Part shown: positions 1 through 11,119 of the stretch, in pieces
How positions within the stretch are numbered: position 1 is the stretch's first letter
Layout of the letters: each line of letters begins with the position of its first letter
Position numbers and translations under genes: made by a program
NCBI GenBank assembly: GCA_030295235.1
Contig: AP026135.1
Coordinates: 1,116,001 to 1,180,000, forward strand
Reading direction: 5' to 3'
DNA: 64,000 nucleotides
Source of the DNA: Fistulifera solaris
Lineage: Eukaryota
Notes under the pieces: model-generated
Told to the model about the DNA's origin: nothing
The model's database searches: none
Seen by the model: the letters and a program-made list of their open reading frames with translations, nothing else

Positions 1-366
1 GACCGTCTTCGTGACTCCTGTTCTATCGTCACTACGTGTGCAGGCGACGGAGCGTCCGGACTTAGTCTCGGTCGATGATTTGGTCAAAGATTTGGGAAAA
101 CTTTTGATCAGTAACGGAGATCACAAGAAAAGCAAGGACAACAAGAAGAGCAAAGACTCTGATGATGAAAAAGCCTCTCTTTCCAAGGATAAAAGCGGCC
201 ATGTCATTTAATCGAAAACAGCCAGCCCGCATGTCATTCGTTTACTAAATGAAACACCTGAAGCGTTCAACGAAGAACCGGTCGATGTGTCCAGTCAATG
301 ATTGATGACAAGACGTTCAAAGTGACTCGAGTGACACGAAGCTTGCGTCTCAAAGCATGAATCTGA
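1..366 (+). pseudogene. Degraded, inverted duplicate of the uncharacterised gene at 10615-10981 (5' part lies outside the window)
   Basis: Near-identical to the reverse complement of 10615-10981. The intact copy reads GHVTQSK; here it reads GHVI-TAA (stop at 209-211), and a 1-nt deletion follows near 277. Confidence 0.8.
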
Positions 367-1156
367 CAGCTCGCAAAACTAACGGAGAGGCTGCATCTCC
401 AAATACGAGGTTGTTCTCGCAGTGCTGTGTTTCTACATTTAAGATCATGAGTGTTTTTAAATGTGTTAAACTCGATTTCATACTGTTGCGGGTTTGCTGC
501 GATGACTATAGCACCTTTTTCGTGTTCCCGCGTTTCCTTTTTAGAAAATCTTACAAAGCAAGAACTACGAAGCACAGTAAGCCTTGGACGGAACTAGCAA
601 GTTTCACTTTGGCTTTCGACAACAGCAGCAAACTTCATGAAGTTGTACATATGTCGAGGATCCAAACACCTGATGGTGTTCATAGTATTTCTGAGGGGCA
701 TCATCATGACTATATTATCTTTTCCTTAAAATTTTAAAAATCCCCTTAACTTTTTTGGTGTACAGGGGAGGGGTACCGGTATAAGGTCTTGCCTTCGCCA
801 CCAAGCAAGTACCAGTAACTCCCAACTGCAAACTGCATTATTTGAGCATTGAGCATTGAGCGCTGAGCGCTTAGCGCTAGCTAGAAGTCTTTTTGATCGG
901 GGTGAAAAGTGACAAGCCGGAAATCTCTATTATCTGAACTTGATGTTCTCTACTTATTTAAACGAAAATGACCCGAACTCCGAACTACGACCACTCTTCA
1001 CTGTTCCGTCATCGGGGTCGTTCTAGCTCGTAGATCTCGGAGGGCGACGAACGACGTCCGGGATACGGGACAGTAGATTCTGGATGAATCACTGGCGTAG
1101 GGGTTCGGCAACTGTTCGAGATTCTGTACGATAGTATTCTCTACTTCAGGTAAGGA

Positions 1157-1219
1157 CGTTAAAATTCTGCCTCCAGTACAAGATCTACGTAGCCTCCACG
1201 ACGAGGCAGAATTTTAACG
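1157..1219. repeat. Perfect 17-bp inverted repeat with 29-nt loop
   Basis: CGTTAAAATTCTGCCTC (1157-1173) and GAGGCAGAATTTTAACG (1203-1219) are exact reverse complements. Confidence 0.85.
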
Positions 1220-1666
1220 CCGTTTCTTTCCAGAGTCCAGCCAAAGTCGATGCCCATGACATGATATTTGTAATTTGTCTTGGTATCTGAATGAATGAAC
1301 GAATAACACTTGATAACGTAGTATACTTGCAATGGGGAAAGTGGAAACTCAACACTCAACAACGACTCTCAAAGGGCGCGATCGATCGTATTGGTACGAA
1401 TAAACCTGTGAACATTTTAGACAAGAAGACATCAATTGATTCAAGCTTCGAGCTTCGTGTACTTATTAGGACCTTGTGTTCCATACTGTACTGCTGTAGT
1501 GATGAGCTGATGAGTGTTCGCTGTTCGCGATCTCTTCGTCAAGATCGGGATCAAGTAGGGGCAGTTGTATCCTTTGGAAATCAATCATCAAGTGCCCCCT
1601 CCATCGTCACAAATCGCAGTCACTTCCCAACCCGAAAATTAAAGCCTTCCATCAAACGCGCCAACC

Positions 1667-2184
1667 ATGAAGTTCGCTTTTGCACTCGCAGCTACGGTGT
1701 TCACGATCGGCAATGTCAGCGCCCAAACCACTCTTGAAGCTCCCGAAGTTGTGGTTTTTTACCTCAATACGAACGCGGCCTCGGATGCATGTAGCCCAGT
1801 TGAATATACCTATGTCGACAACAAGATCACTCCCGATTTGAACATGGCAATGTTCGACCACAACATTGAGGAAATCCAATGGACCACTTCCGATGGCGCT
1901 CCTAGTCGAAAGTTGCGTGCCGGGGAAGAGCGTGAGTTGAACCCGACGTGCGATTGGTGCCGCCCAATTTATGGCCGAGCCCTGTGCAACGTTCTGTATA
2001 ACTGTGGCTTCCGCCGCCGTCTTCAAGGAGGATCTACTCTCACTGAAGTGCAAAGGCGGAACTTGCAGCCTCTTTGAAAGCGTCTTGCGAGGAAAACTTG
2101 GCGTTCGCCGCCTCGCGCCCGACGATCAGCGCGGCTTGTGCAGCCGGACTCGCCGGAGCGGAGTGCTTCGTGCAGTACGTCTAA
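1667..2184 (+). CDS. Secreted Cys-rich precursor with RxL sites, paralog 1 (1-nt frameshift at ~2052)
   Basis: Signal peptide MKFAFALAATVFTIGNVSA. Collinear with 9884-10399 and 62762-63313. One added A in CAAAG (2051-2055) restores QKAELAASLKASCEENLA...AECFVQYV-TAA (stop 2182-2184), matching the paralog 2 C-terminus. Confidence 0.85.
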
Positions 2185-2364
2185 GGAAGAGAGATAATAT
2201 TGGAACATGCAACGGAACTTTCTCATAGTGCAACTCATAATCAGTTAACAAATCAAAGTATAGAAAACTGTCTCGTGTCATGTTTTTCGAAGTATAATGT
2301 AGGTCTTTGACGAGGGACCGTGTCTCATTCGCTGACGACCATATGTTCCTCTTGCTCTTTCTTT

Positions 2365-4378
2365 TCAATCGGAAGTTCCTAAATGACGTAGTAATAGATC
2401 CACCTGTTGTTGACTTTTCGATACAGAGACTGTCGGAATGATGCGTTGTGGTCTCCAGCATGCAATGCACTCTACCAATTCTGGAAAGCTCGAGTGCTCA
2501 CTGTACGGAACACTATGCACTGTCAGATTAGACCGAGCTGCAGTAGAGATGATTGTACCTTTTGCGAGCGACCACCCCGTTGGACGAAAACCAACTACTT
2601 TGTCGAAAGCCAACTCTTTCTTCCCTATTTTGACCTTGCAATACATATGAAGTTTCTTCATATTCACATGCCCCAATGGGACAACCCAAAGCATAGTTTG
2701 TTCTGGATTGGTTGTGATCCATTTTAAGTCGTCGTCGCCTAGGACAGCTTGCAGAATACGGAAACGCCGCTTGTCGACGTAGACTTTCTTGTTCAGTCGC
2801 TTCGCCACGGATAAGTAAATGCGCTCCTTCCCAATAGTGTACGCACCAAACACTAATAAGAGGCGCATCTTCTCATATTTGTGAACTTCCCTCACCGCAG
2901 TTTCCACTGCAGCCTGTATGGCCTCGGTCTGGGTCGGTAAGACGTACTTGGGATCACAATACGTCGTATCCAAAAAGAGATCGTCAATTTGATACCGTGT
3001 CCCTAAAACTGTCATTTCTTCTCGATGCCAACGAAAATCTCCGACGTGCATAATAATTCGCTTACCGACTTGAAAAGAAGCATGACGGCACCAGGACAAT
3101 GATTGGCATCGTGCAGTGTGACCGACACGGCCTTGTTGTTTGTAGTTACAATCGGAACAGCGACACCGACCGGCAGCGGGTGCAAGTATTGACGATCCAC
3201 TCCCAATTGCTGATTCACAAGGTTGGCGGTTGCTTCCGAGCAATAAATAGTTCCGCAATTCCATTGACGAGAAATGCCTCCGTAATGATCCGAATGAAAG
3301 TGCGTTAAGAAGTAATTGACAGTCAATGATGGAGTTGCGTACTGAAACCCGTCCACCACTAGCAAGTCGTGTGAGAGAGAGAGAGAGAGATGCGAAAGAC
3401 AGTTTTCTTGGACCAATGACACGTACCAAAATCAGTCCCTGGTATCATTTTGTAGAAAGGACATGCGCGACTGGAATATTTGGGCCCGCTCGACCATTGT
3501 CGTTTCTTGGCATTGTTGTTGTTCGTAGTTGTTGTAATCTTAGTTCGTGATTCTTTGCCTTCTTTCGGTTGTTTCGCTTCCTGTGCAACACGACGTGCCC
3601 CATTCATCAACATTAGTAGGGCATTCTGCGGAGCGGATGGTTTCTTTCGTTCGCTAGGCAATATAGTTAGCAAAGTAGTTTGTTGCATTTCTTTGGATGA
3701 TTTTTTCAAATTGTTGTTACACCATGCGGTCTCTTGGATACTCGCCTCTACAATAAATTCTTCATCCGGCTGTTCGATAACATCTTTCGCTTGCACTCCG
3801 TGCTTTTTTGAGCATCGCTTAATGTGATCCATCCGACCTTTCCATCCCGAGTGAATTGTTTCCAACAAATTAGCTCCGCATACAAAGCAGGTAGTAAGCT
3901 GTTCTGATGATTGATGTTTCAGTTCTTTTAGCGGCTCGAGTGAAATTGAAATGTGTAGTCGTTGCTCTTCTTTCGGCTTTGTTGAAGTGGGCTTGGCTGG
4001 ACTGTACGGATTGTGGATAATGCGTTGCTGAGGCTGTTGCTGCGTGGGTCGAATGAGACTTGTCAAGGGTTCATCTTCTTCACCCTCGTCGTCTTCTTCT
4101 GCCTCGTCATCTTCTTCTGCCTCGTCATCATCATCATCACCATCATCCGACGACAATATTTCTACAATTTGTGTACAATGAAAATCGTCTTCTGCTTCGC
4201 TGCTGATTCCGGCATCAAAGTCTTGAATGTCATCTTCGATGGTTGTTTCGATGTGCGGATCGTCATTTTCTTGCTTTTCCTCTGTCGATTGACACTTTGT
4301 GCATGTCAAATCGAGCACAAAGTCCTTGGCAATGAATTTTAGGGCGCAAACACGACAATTACGGACGATTCGTGGCAT
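2365..4378 (-). CDS. SNM1: DNA cross-link repair nuclease of the SNM1A/PSO2 family (UBZ finger + metallo-beta-lactamase + beta-CASP)
   Basis: Motifs THFHSDHYGG, DANHCPGA, HVGDFR, LDTTYC and VPYSEHSS; UBZ-like CFVC...HIKRC. Intron 3359-3426; 1-nt frameshift in a T run at ~3075. Confidence 0.92.
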
Positions 4379-4984
4379 TTTGAACCGTTCATTGCATCCT
4401 AATGATCATTGTCCAAGACAGGACGGCGTGATTATTATTTTTATCTCTGTGTGAATGACACCGTGCGAGCAAGGACGAGGGAGACGAGAAAGGTGCGAAC
4501 GTGCGGCATATAGAGTTGAGGTTATTTCACCGTTTCGTTTCGTCATTGGGTCTTGTGTCTCTCACGACTTACAAAGCGCGCCCCGCGTTAGCGTCACACT
4601 CCTACTTTCGAAAAGGGAGTCAATGCAAGTGCGGCATACTTGTTGCACCATACAAGTAACGCGAAACACGACACGCGGCAACCACACTTTTTCCCGGGAA
4701 GGAAAAAAAAAAAACGACACCGCCAATGAACCAACGAGCGACAAAGGGTTAGTTGTTCATGTCGAATCTCGAATCATTTCACGTTAAAGAGCATTTTTCC
4801 CAGTTCAAATTGTCAACGAATTCATTTGCTAGTCCCTCTATGCTGGTGTTTCATGAAATTACATTGCAACGCGCGCTAACAGATAGCTGCTTGCCATTCT
4901 TCTTATCAACTTGAACAAAAAAACACAATCCGTTCCTTTCTCTGCTATTCATTCCATCGTATTCTTCGCTTTTTAAGCTAAAAC

Positions 4985-7307
4985 ATGACAAATCATCATG
5001 AAGATGCCCCCGATGCGGTAGATCAGCTCGACTTTCCTTCGAAAGAGACGCAACAGAAAGAGGAAGCGCAAAACGACTTTGACGACTTTACTCACTCGGC
5101 GTCCGTTGTTGCGATCCATAAAGAAACGAAACAGGGGAATATGGTAGAGACGACAGGGACGATTGCAAAGCACGCGAACCAGGATTCTACAGAAGCTTTC
5201 GAACCTTCTGTTGTAGTGGTGGTGGACTCGGGAGGGACAAATACCGAAAATGTTGCAGATATTATTTCTCTCGATCAGAAAATGGCCGATCTGAAGATAC
5301 AAGAAACAGAAACAGCAGCTTCCAAAGATGCACGACGATTTGTGACAGCCAAAGACTTTGATCTATTAAAGGTCATCGGTATGGGCGCTTTTGGCAAAGT
5401 TTTACAAGTGCGACACAAACACACGTCCCGCATTCTCGCTATGAAAGTGATTTCGAAACGATTGTTGCTCCGAAAATCGGGTTACGTGGAGAATATTCAA
5501 GCCGAACGACAAATATTGACGCGAGTTCGCAGTCCCTTTGTGGTGACGATGCATTGTTCTTTTCAAACACGAGAGAAGCTTTTCATTATCATGGACTTCT
5601 TGGCCGGCGGGGAGTTGTTTTTGCGACTGGGACGAGAAGGAATCTTTCTCGAAAAGACGGCGGCTTTTTATTTGGGTGAGATCATTCTTGCTATTGACCA
5701 CTTGCATTCGCTGGGTATTTTGCATCGCGACTTGAAACCGTACGTAGAGTCTCGTATGGTGCTATGGTCGTACCCTTCCATACGTAATGCTGACGTTTCA
5801 TTTTCCATTGCAGCGAGAATATCTTATTGGGCGCAGACGGCCATGTTTGTGTGACGGATTTCGGACTGGCGAAAGATTTCTCGACTGTGGGCGGTTTCGA
5901 TGACGAAGAGAATCGGGCCCTGACCATTTGTGGCACGCAAGGTACGTTCGAGTACGCCAAATCCTCGTTTTCGAAAATTTGCATGAAGATCTGACAAGTC
6001 TTCGTATAGAGTATATGGCGCCCGAAATGCTTTCGGGACAAGGATATGGCCGATCGGCGGATTATTGGAGTTTAGGCTGTATCGCATACGAAATGCTTGC
6101 GGGCTTGCCACCATTCAAATCAAAAGACGGCCGAAAAGAGCTATTCCGTAAAATCATGTCCGAGAAAGTTAAGATGCCTTCTGGTAGCACAGCAGAGGCG
6201 TGTAGACTTCTGAAAGGATTACTGAACCGTAACGTACAAAAACGATTGGGTGCGGCGAAAAGCACAATGTTCGAAGTTGGGGGTGTGGCTGCGCTAAAGA
6301 ATGAACCGTTCTTCAAGCACCTAAACTGGGAGTATCTAACCAACAAGCAAATTGAGCCTCCGCAAGTTTTTTCCGTACAAGACGACCAGGATTTGAAGCA
6401 CTTTCACCAAGAGTTCACGGATATGGCCTTACCGCGATCTGTTGTTTTGATGAGCAAGGATGAATTTACGGCGCATCACGTCGAGTCGCAAAAATTTCGC
6501 GGATTTTCGTTCATTCACGATTCCTTTGACTTGCCAGAACGGCCGGAGTCGGAGTTAGAATCGTATTGGAAATCTATCGAAGAAGACGCGGTATCTGTAT
6601 CTGAATGCGCTAGCAGTAAGATGGATCACGAAGAAAGCGAGCAGCCGTCCACAGAATCTCCAACCAAGAAGCGACCTCCCCGCAAACGAAAGAAAAATAA
6701 AAATGATGCTTCTTGTGGATCTCCAGCAGCGTTTACCTGTACTTCACCTGCCCCATCCGATGTAAGAGTACCCGCGCCTTCGAAGCTAGAAGAAGATATT
6801 GCTGTAAAGCAGGACGATTGCAGTGCCAAGAAGCATACTTCAGAACCACCCACACAGCAAGAGCAGGAGAAGTTTATTGTTCCGACGATTCCCGGATCAA
6901 ACCACCAGAGGAAGCCGATCTTATTGTCAGTGGATACTTCCAGGAAGGCGTTCATGAGTACCGACGAGTGGCAGCACGTGGGAGAAACGTCTGCAAAAGT
7001 TTCACGCCAACGCTCTCTGGCAAAGACTGAAACTGCTAACAGCTGTCAATTTAAAACGCCAGGTGCAAAGGAAGTTACCAAGACTTTGTGGCAGCCATCA
7101 AACCAGCCTCAAAGCAGTACCCCCTTACCTTTGAATCGTTTGAAACAACCAGGAACTGCTGCATGGGGTGCACGTTCGGAGACGACCCCTCAAGCTCTGA
7201 AGGTCGCATCTCCTCCACCATCGTCTCGGCCACTTCCTTCTACGGATTGGCGATATCATCCTATGCCTTCACGAAAACCGATTTCTGTGGAGGGCAGAAA
7301 CCGTTAA
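4985..7307 (+). CDS. AGC-family Ser/Thr protein kinase (S6K/PKB-like)
   Basis: GMGAFGKV, AMK, HRDLKPEN (across intron 5740-5813), DFG, TICGTQEYMAPE (across intron 5942-6009) and hydrophobic motif FRGFSF. The true C-terminus may extend to 7435 via a frameshift. Confidence 0.92.
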
Positions 7308-7520
7308 AGCCGTCGTCGCAGCCAATTTGGCCGTCACTGGGTGGTGCGCGAGATAATTCGGCTTCCATTAGTAAAAATCTACCACCGACGAAACCGGCCC
7401 TGCAAGGAGCTTGGGCGTCAAAGGCTTTGAGGTGAAATTCCGTAACATATAACTAACTGTAGACTATAAGTTCTAGCAGCCTTGATAATTTAGTCGTTAA
7501 TTATGAAATATGATATTGCT

Positions 7521-8882
7521 CTACTTGGGTAGGCGCGACGAAATCAATTCATCATTCGAGTATTGAGCGGCTTGCTCAATCTCATATACGAGGCTGACTG
7601 CTTCGGCCACGCTTATTCGTTGACGCTCTAAAGGAGCTGCTCCATTTTGGCGTATGGTGCCGTCATGGCGCGGAGTCAATCGCCAGGCTTGCGTTCGCTT
7701 GTCATTGAAGCGTACACCTTGTCCGACACGTTCATCGTTAATGTACTGAAAGATATCGATGTAACCGGACTCGTTTTGAGTCTTTCCTTTTCCATTTCTT
7801 TTGTTGTAAAGAAATGTTCCTTCAAAGCGGACACCAGAAGAGAAGTAGTACAAACCGGAACCGTGCATTTGATTGTTTTCCCATTCACCAAAGTACAAGT
7901 CCCCATTTGCAAAGTAGAATCTACCTTCGCCTTCTCGTTTCCCGTTCGCATACTTTCCGACGTAGACGTCGCCGTTGGGATATCTCCGTGTTCCACTTCC
8001 GTGCATGTTATCGTTCGCCCAGTCTCCTACGTACTCGCCGTTATCGTGCTGGGTATCGGAAGCAAATGTAAGAACTCCGTGACCTGATCGTCGATCATTT
8101 ACAAATTGTCCCTTGTAGACGTCGCCATTACTCCAAGTCATAGTGCCTTCGCCATGTTTCTCTCCCTTACTATTATAAGGACCACTGTAAGTAGCTGTAT
8201 TTCGTTCCGTTTGCGAAACGCTCGTGCGTCTTGGTGAAAGAAACGGGACTCCTAGCGCTAATAGATCCGGTTTCTTTATTTGATTTTGACCTCCTTTTGA
8301 TTTCACAAAGCTAAGCGGGGGCGATCGTATCTTGTCTTCCGCATGAAGCGATGGTTTCGGTGAGAACTCGGAAAGGTCTTCAGTTTGTTGCTCCATGTTC
8401 GGAGACACTCTGCCATGAGTACTATTCACATCTGCGGAGTCGCAACTCTCGGAGGATCGGGATGTTCTGTGTGCATCGCATCTTAAACACTGTCCTCTCT
8501 CGACTAGTTGAGGAATGGTCAAAGGGACTTTGCGGTAAGGGTCTTCGCACGCTTTGCAATTCGGGAAGATGCTGAAGAGTCCGCATCTCTTCTCAAAGCC
8601 GTAAAGTTGTTGCCCGCAAGATTGACACTGACCGAGGGCTAGCCTTTTTGTTGTTGCGATTGCTCGTGTTCTACTTGTTGTATATCTAAAGATATTGTCA
8701 TGGTCATTCAGTGATTCAAAGAAAGGGTGAGAAACTAATGAAACACTTGCGAAGTGATGGATGCTTCGGTACCGTACCGTACCCTCTTGCAGTATTTTAT
8801 TACGTGTAGCTGTAGCGTCTGTATAAGGGCAGAGCGTGGTGTATTCCTCGTTGCTCGCCTTTCGCCACTTGCGTTGCTCCAA
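7521..8882 (-). CDS. MORN-repeat protein with N-terminal Cys-rich module
   Basis: Several YxGxW/Fxxx(H/E)GxG repeats (e.g. YVGDWANDNMHGSG, YFGEWENNQMHGSG). Probable intron near 8687-8780; start codon uncertain. Confidence 0.85.
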   Translation of the reverse strand: MEQRKWRKASNEEYTTLCPYTDATATRNKILQEGTVRYRSIHHFASVSLVSHPFFESLNDHDNIFRYTTSRTRAIATTKRLALGQCQSCGQQLYGFEKRCGLFSIFPNCKACEDPYRKVPLTIPQLVERGQCLRCDAHRTSRSSESCDSADVNSTHGRVSPNMEQQTEDLSEFSPKPSLHAEDKIRSPPLSFVKSKGGQNQIKKPDLLALGVPFLSPRRTSVSQTERNTATYSGPYNSKGEKHGEGTMTWSNGDVYKGQFVNDRRSGHGVLTFASDTQHDNGEYVGDWANDNMHGSGTRRYPNGDVYVGKYANGKREGEGRFYFANGDLYFGEWENNQMHGSGLYYFSSGVRFEGTFLYNKRNGKGKTQNESGYIDIFQYINDERVGQGVRFNDKRTQAWRLTPRHDGTIRQNGAAPLERQRISVAEAVSLVYEIEQAAQYSNDELISSRLPK

Positions 8883-9509
8883 AAATTTCAGTCGAACATC
8901 AAGCCGTGCCCAGCTGCCGCCTACTTAATACTATCGAAGAGGTAATCGGAGCTCAGTCTTGCTTCGACATAAATGACTGGATTTCTTATTACTAAAAGTA
9001 GACTTGAAGTGGGTGTCAAAGTCACAACTCGAACAGTGTGAACCGGTGTTTGTTCATTCATTGTTCATTTCGAGCCCAAAAACGGGTAACCCTAAGAGAA
9101 ATCAAGGTTGAGGGTACTCTTCAAACCATATAGCGCGGAGGAACAAACAAGCCAAAACTTAAAGAGGTTACGATTTGTTATCGTCGTTGATCACTGGTTG
9201 TGGGAATGAGAAGTACGCTTTCGTTCTACTCGAAAAATGTAACTGGAAAGATTATTCCGGCTTCTGATTTCTTATTAGGGATTTTCATTTTCAGTCCGTC
9301 GTCCGTCTTATTCGTGATTATGATCATTCTCTCTGATACTCTGATGCGACATGCGACACGCGGTGATGTGGACTGTGGATCTATAGATGGCCAATGCGAT
9401 GGTCAATGACTGCACTAAGAGCCACGTCTTCCGTGACTAGCAGGTACGAGTAAAGCACATAATACTATAAGAACAATATGGTGTGTGCCAAAACGTGAAA
9501 ACGGATATC

Positions 9510-9571
9510 AGTAGTTGAGTGTCTTGTGCTGTGCACATAGTAGTTGAGTGTCTTGTGCTGTGCACATAGTA
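9510..9571. repeat. 29-bp perfect tandem duplication
   Basis: GTAGTTGAGTGTCTTGTGCTGTGCACATA occurs at 9511-9539 and 9540-9568. Confidence 0.9.
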
Positions 9572-9883
9572 TCTTATCATTGGGTTCTTCCCTTCGGATA
9601 GCCCGTTCTAATTCTCTTAAGCCTTCGGTTGACCTCTTTAACCAGTGAAACAAATCCGATCGGTAGTACACTTTGTAATATACTTTACTCGTGAAGAAAG
9701 AAGATGACGGTGATCGAGTTTTCTTTCGGGGCATAGCATGCATCCGTATGTTTCTACAGAACACGACCAAAGGCCGAGGGGCAATTTTTGGACCCTTCAC
9801 GTAGCGCCCAGAATCCCATAATGCTAAGCCTTTGACAACGATTATCACTTTTACATCGCTCTCACACCTCCACATCCATCACC

Positions 9884-10399
9884 ATGAAAATTACATCTAC
9901 AGGATTTCTTCTGACGCTTGGTGTTGTCTCCGCTCAAAAGAAGTTAAGGAAAGCTCCAGAAATCATCGTTTACTATGTGAATGAACTTGCGCCGGCAGAC
10001 GTGTGCACTACCAAAGAGCTGAAGTATGTTGACAACAAAATTACTCCTGACTTGGACATGATTTTGCACCAGAAGAACTTTGCTGAAACCGAATGGACAA
10101 CTTCTGCTGATGCGGAAACTCGAATGTTGCGTAGCAGCGAAGATCGTGAGTTAAACGCTACATGCGATTGGTGCCGACGTAGGTATCCAAAGAGTCTCTG
10201 CAATTCGATGTACAACTGCGGTTTCCGCCGTCAGCTACAAACAGGAACTCAACTTACGGACTCGCAGAAAGCGGACCTTGCCGCTGCGTTAAAGACGGCG
10301 TGCGATGAAAACCTTGCTAGTGCGGCCTCTCGCCAAGTGCTCCGCAATACATGCGGAGCTGCAATCGCCGGCGCAAAGTGCTTTGTTGAGTTCAACTGA
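9884..10399 (+). CDS. Secreted Cys-rich precursor with RxL sites, paralog 2 (intact, 171 aa)
   Basis: Signal peptide MKITSTGFLLTLGVVSA; RML, REL and RQL sites; core NATCDWCRRRYPKSLCNSMYNCGF. Confidence 0.88.
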   Translation: MKITSTGFLLTLGVVSAQKKLRKAPEIIVYYVNELAPADVCTTKELKYVDNKITPDLDMILHQKNFAETEWTTSADAETRMLRSSEDRELNATCDWCRRRYPKSLCNSMYNCGFRRQLQTGTQLTDSQKADLAAALKTACDENLASAASRQVLRNTCGAAIAGAKCFVEFN

Positions 10400-10620
10400 T
10401 GGCCTTGCGCGTCTCGACCTGCATCAAGAACTCTACTGCCCTCATAATAAAATTCATAATCCATAGTACTGAATAACAAATTTGTCTATGGGGTATAAGA
10501 GATAAGAGAGATTACCAAATATAATATTCGCGGGGATGTAAAAACATTTCATTTTGTTCCTTCGAATAGAGAGTGACGATTCACATATAAACCCACACAA
10601 ATTGCTGTGATTTCTCAGAT

Positions 10621-11119
10621 TCATGCTTTGAGACGCAAGCTTCGTGTCACTCGAGTCACTTTGAACGTCTTGTCATCAATCATTGACTGGACACATCGAC
10701 CGAGATCTTCCTTGAACGCTTCAGGTGTTTCATTTAGTAAACGAATGACATGCGGGCTGGCTGTTTTCGATTGAGTGACATGGCCGCTTTTATCCTTGGA
10801 AAGAGAGGCTTTTTCATCATCAGAGTCTTTGCTCTTCTTGTTGTCCTTGCTTTTCTTGTGATCTCCGTTACTGATCAAAAGTTTTCCCAAATCTTTGACC
10901 AAATCGTCGACCGAGACTAAGTCCGGACGCTCCGTCGCCTGCACACGTAGTGACGATAAAACAGGAGTCACGAAGACGGTCGGTTCCATGAACTCGCAAC
11001 GACCCAAGCCAGAGTTTGAAAGATGTTTGTCAGGGGATGTGTTTGTTCTCGTGAACGAGGATGCTGACAGGAGATGTAATACCCTTAAGCAGTTTATCCT
11101 GGTGACTGTTGAATTTCAT
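10621..11119 (-). CDS. Uncharacterised Lys/Asp-rich protein (source copy of the duplicate at 1-366)
   Basis: Open frame 10621-~11115. The nearest upstream ATG (11119) is out of frame, consistent with another indel. No recognisable domain. Confidence 0.5.

Noticed and set aside
357..1737. ORFs 357-737 and 1291-1737
   Set aside because: No recognisable motifs or coding-like composition; likely intergenic.
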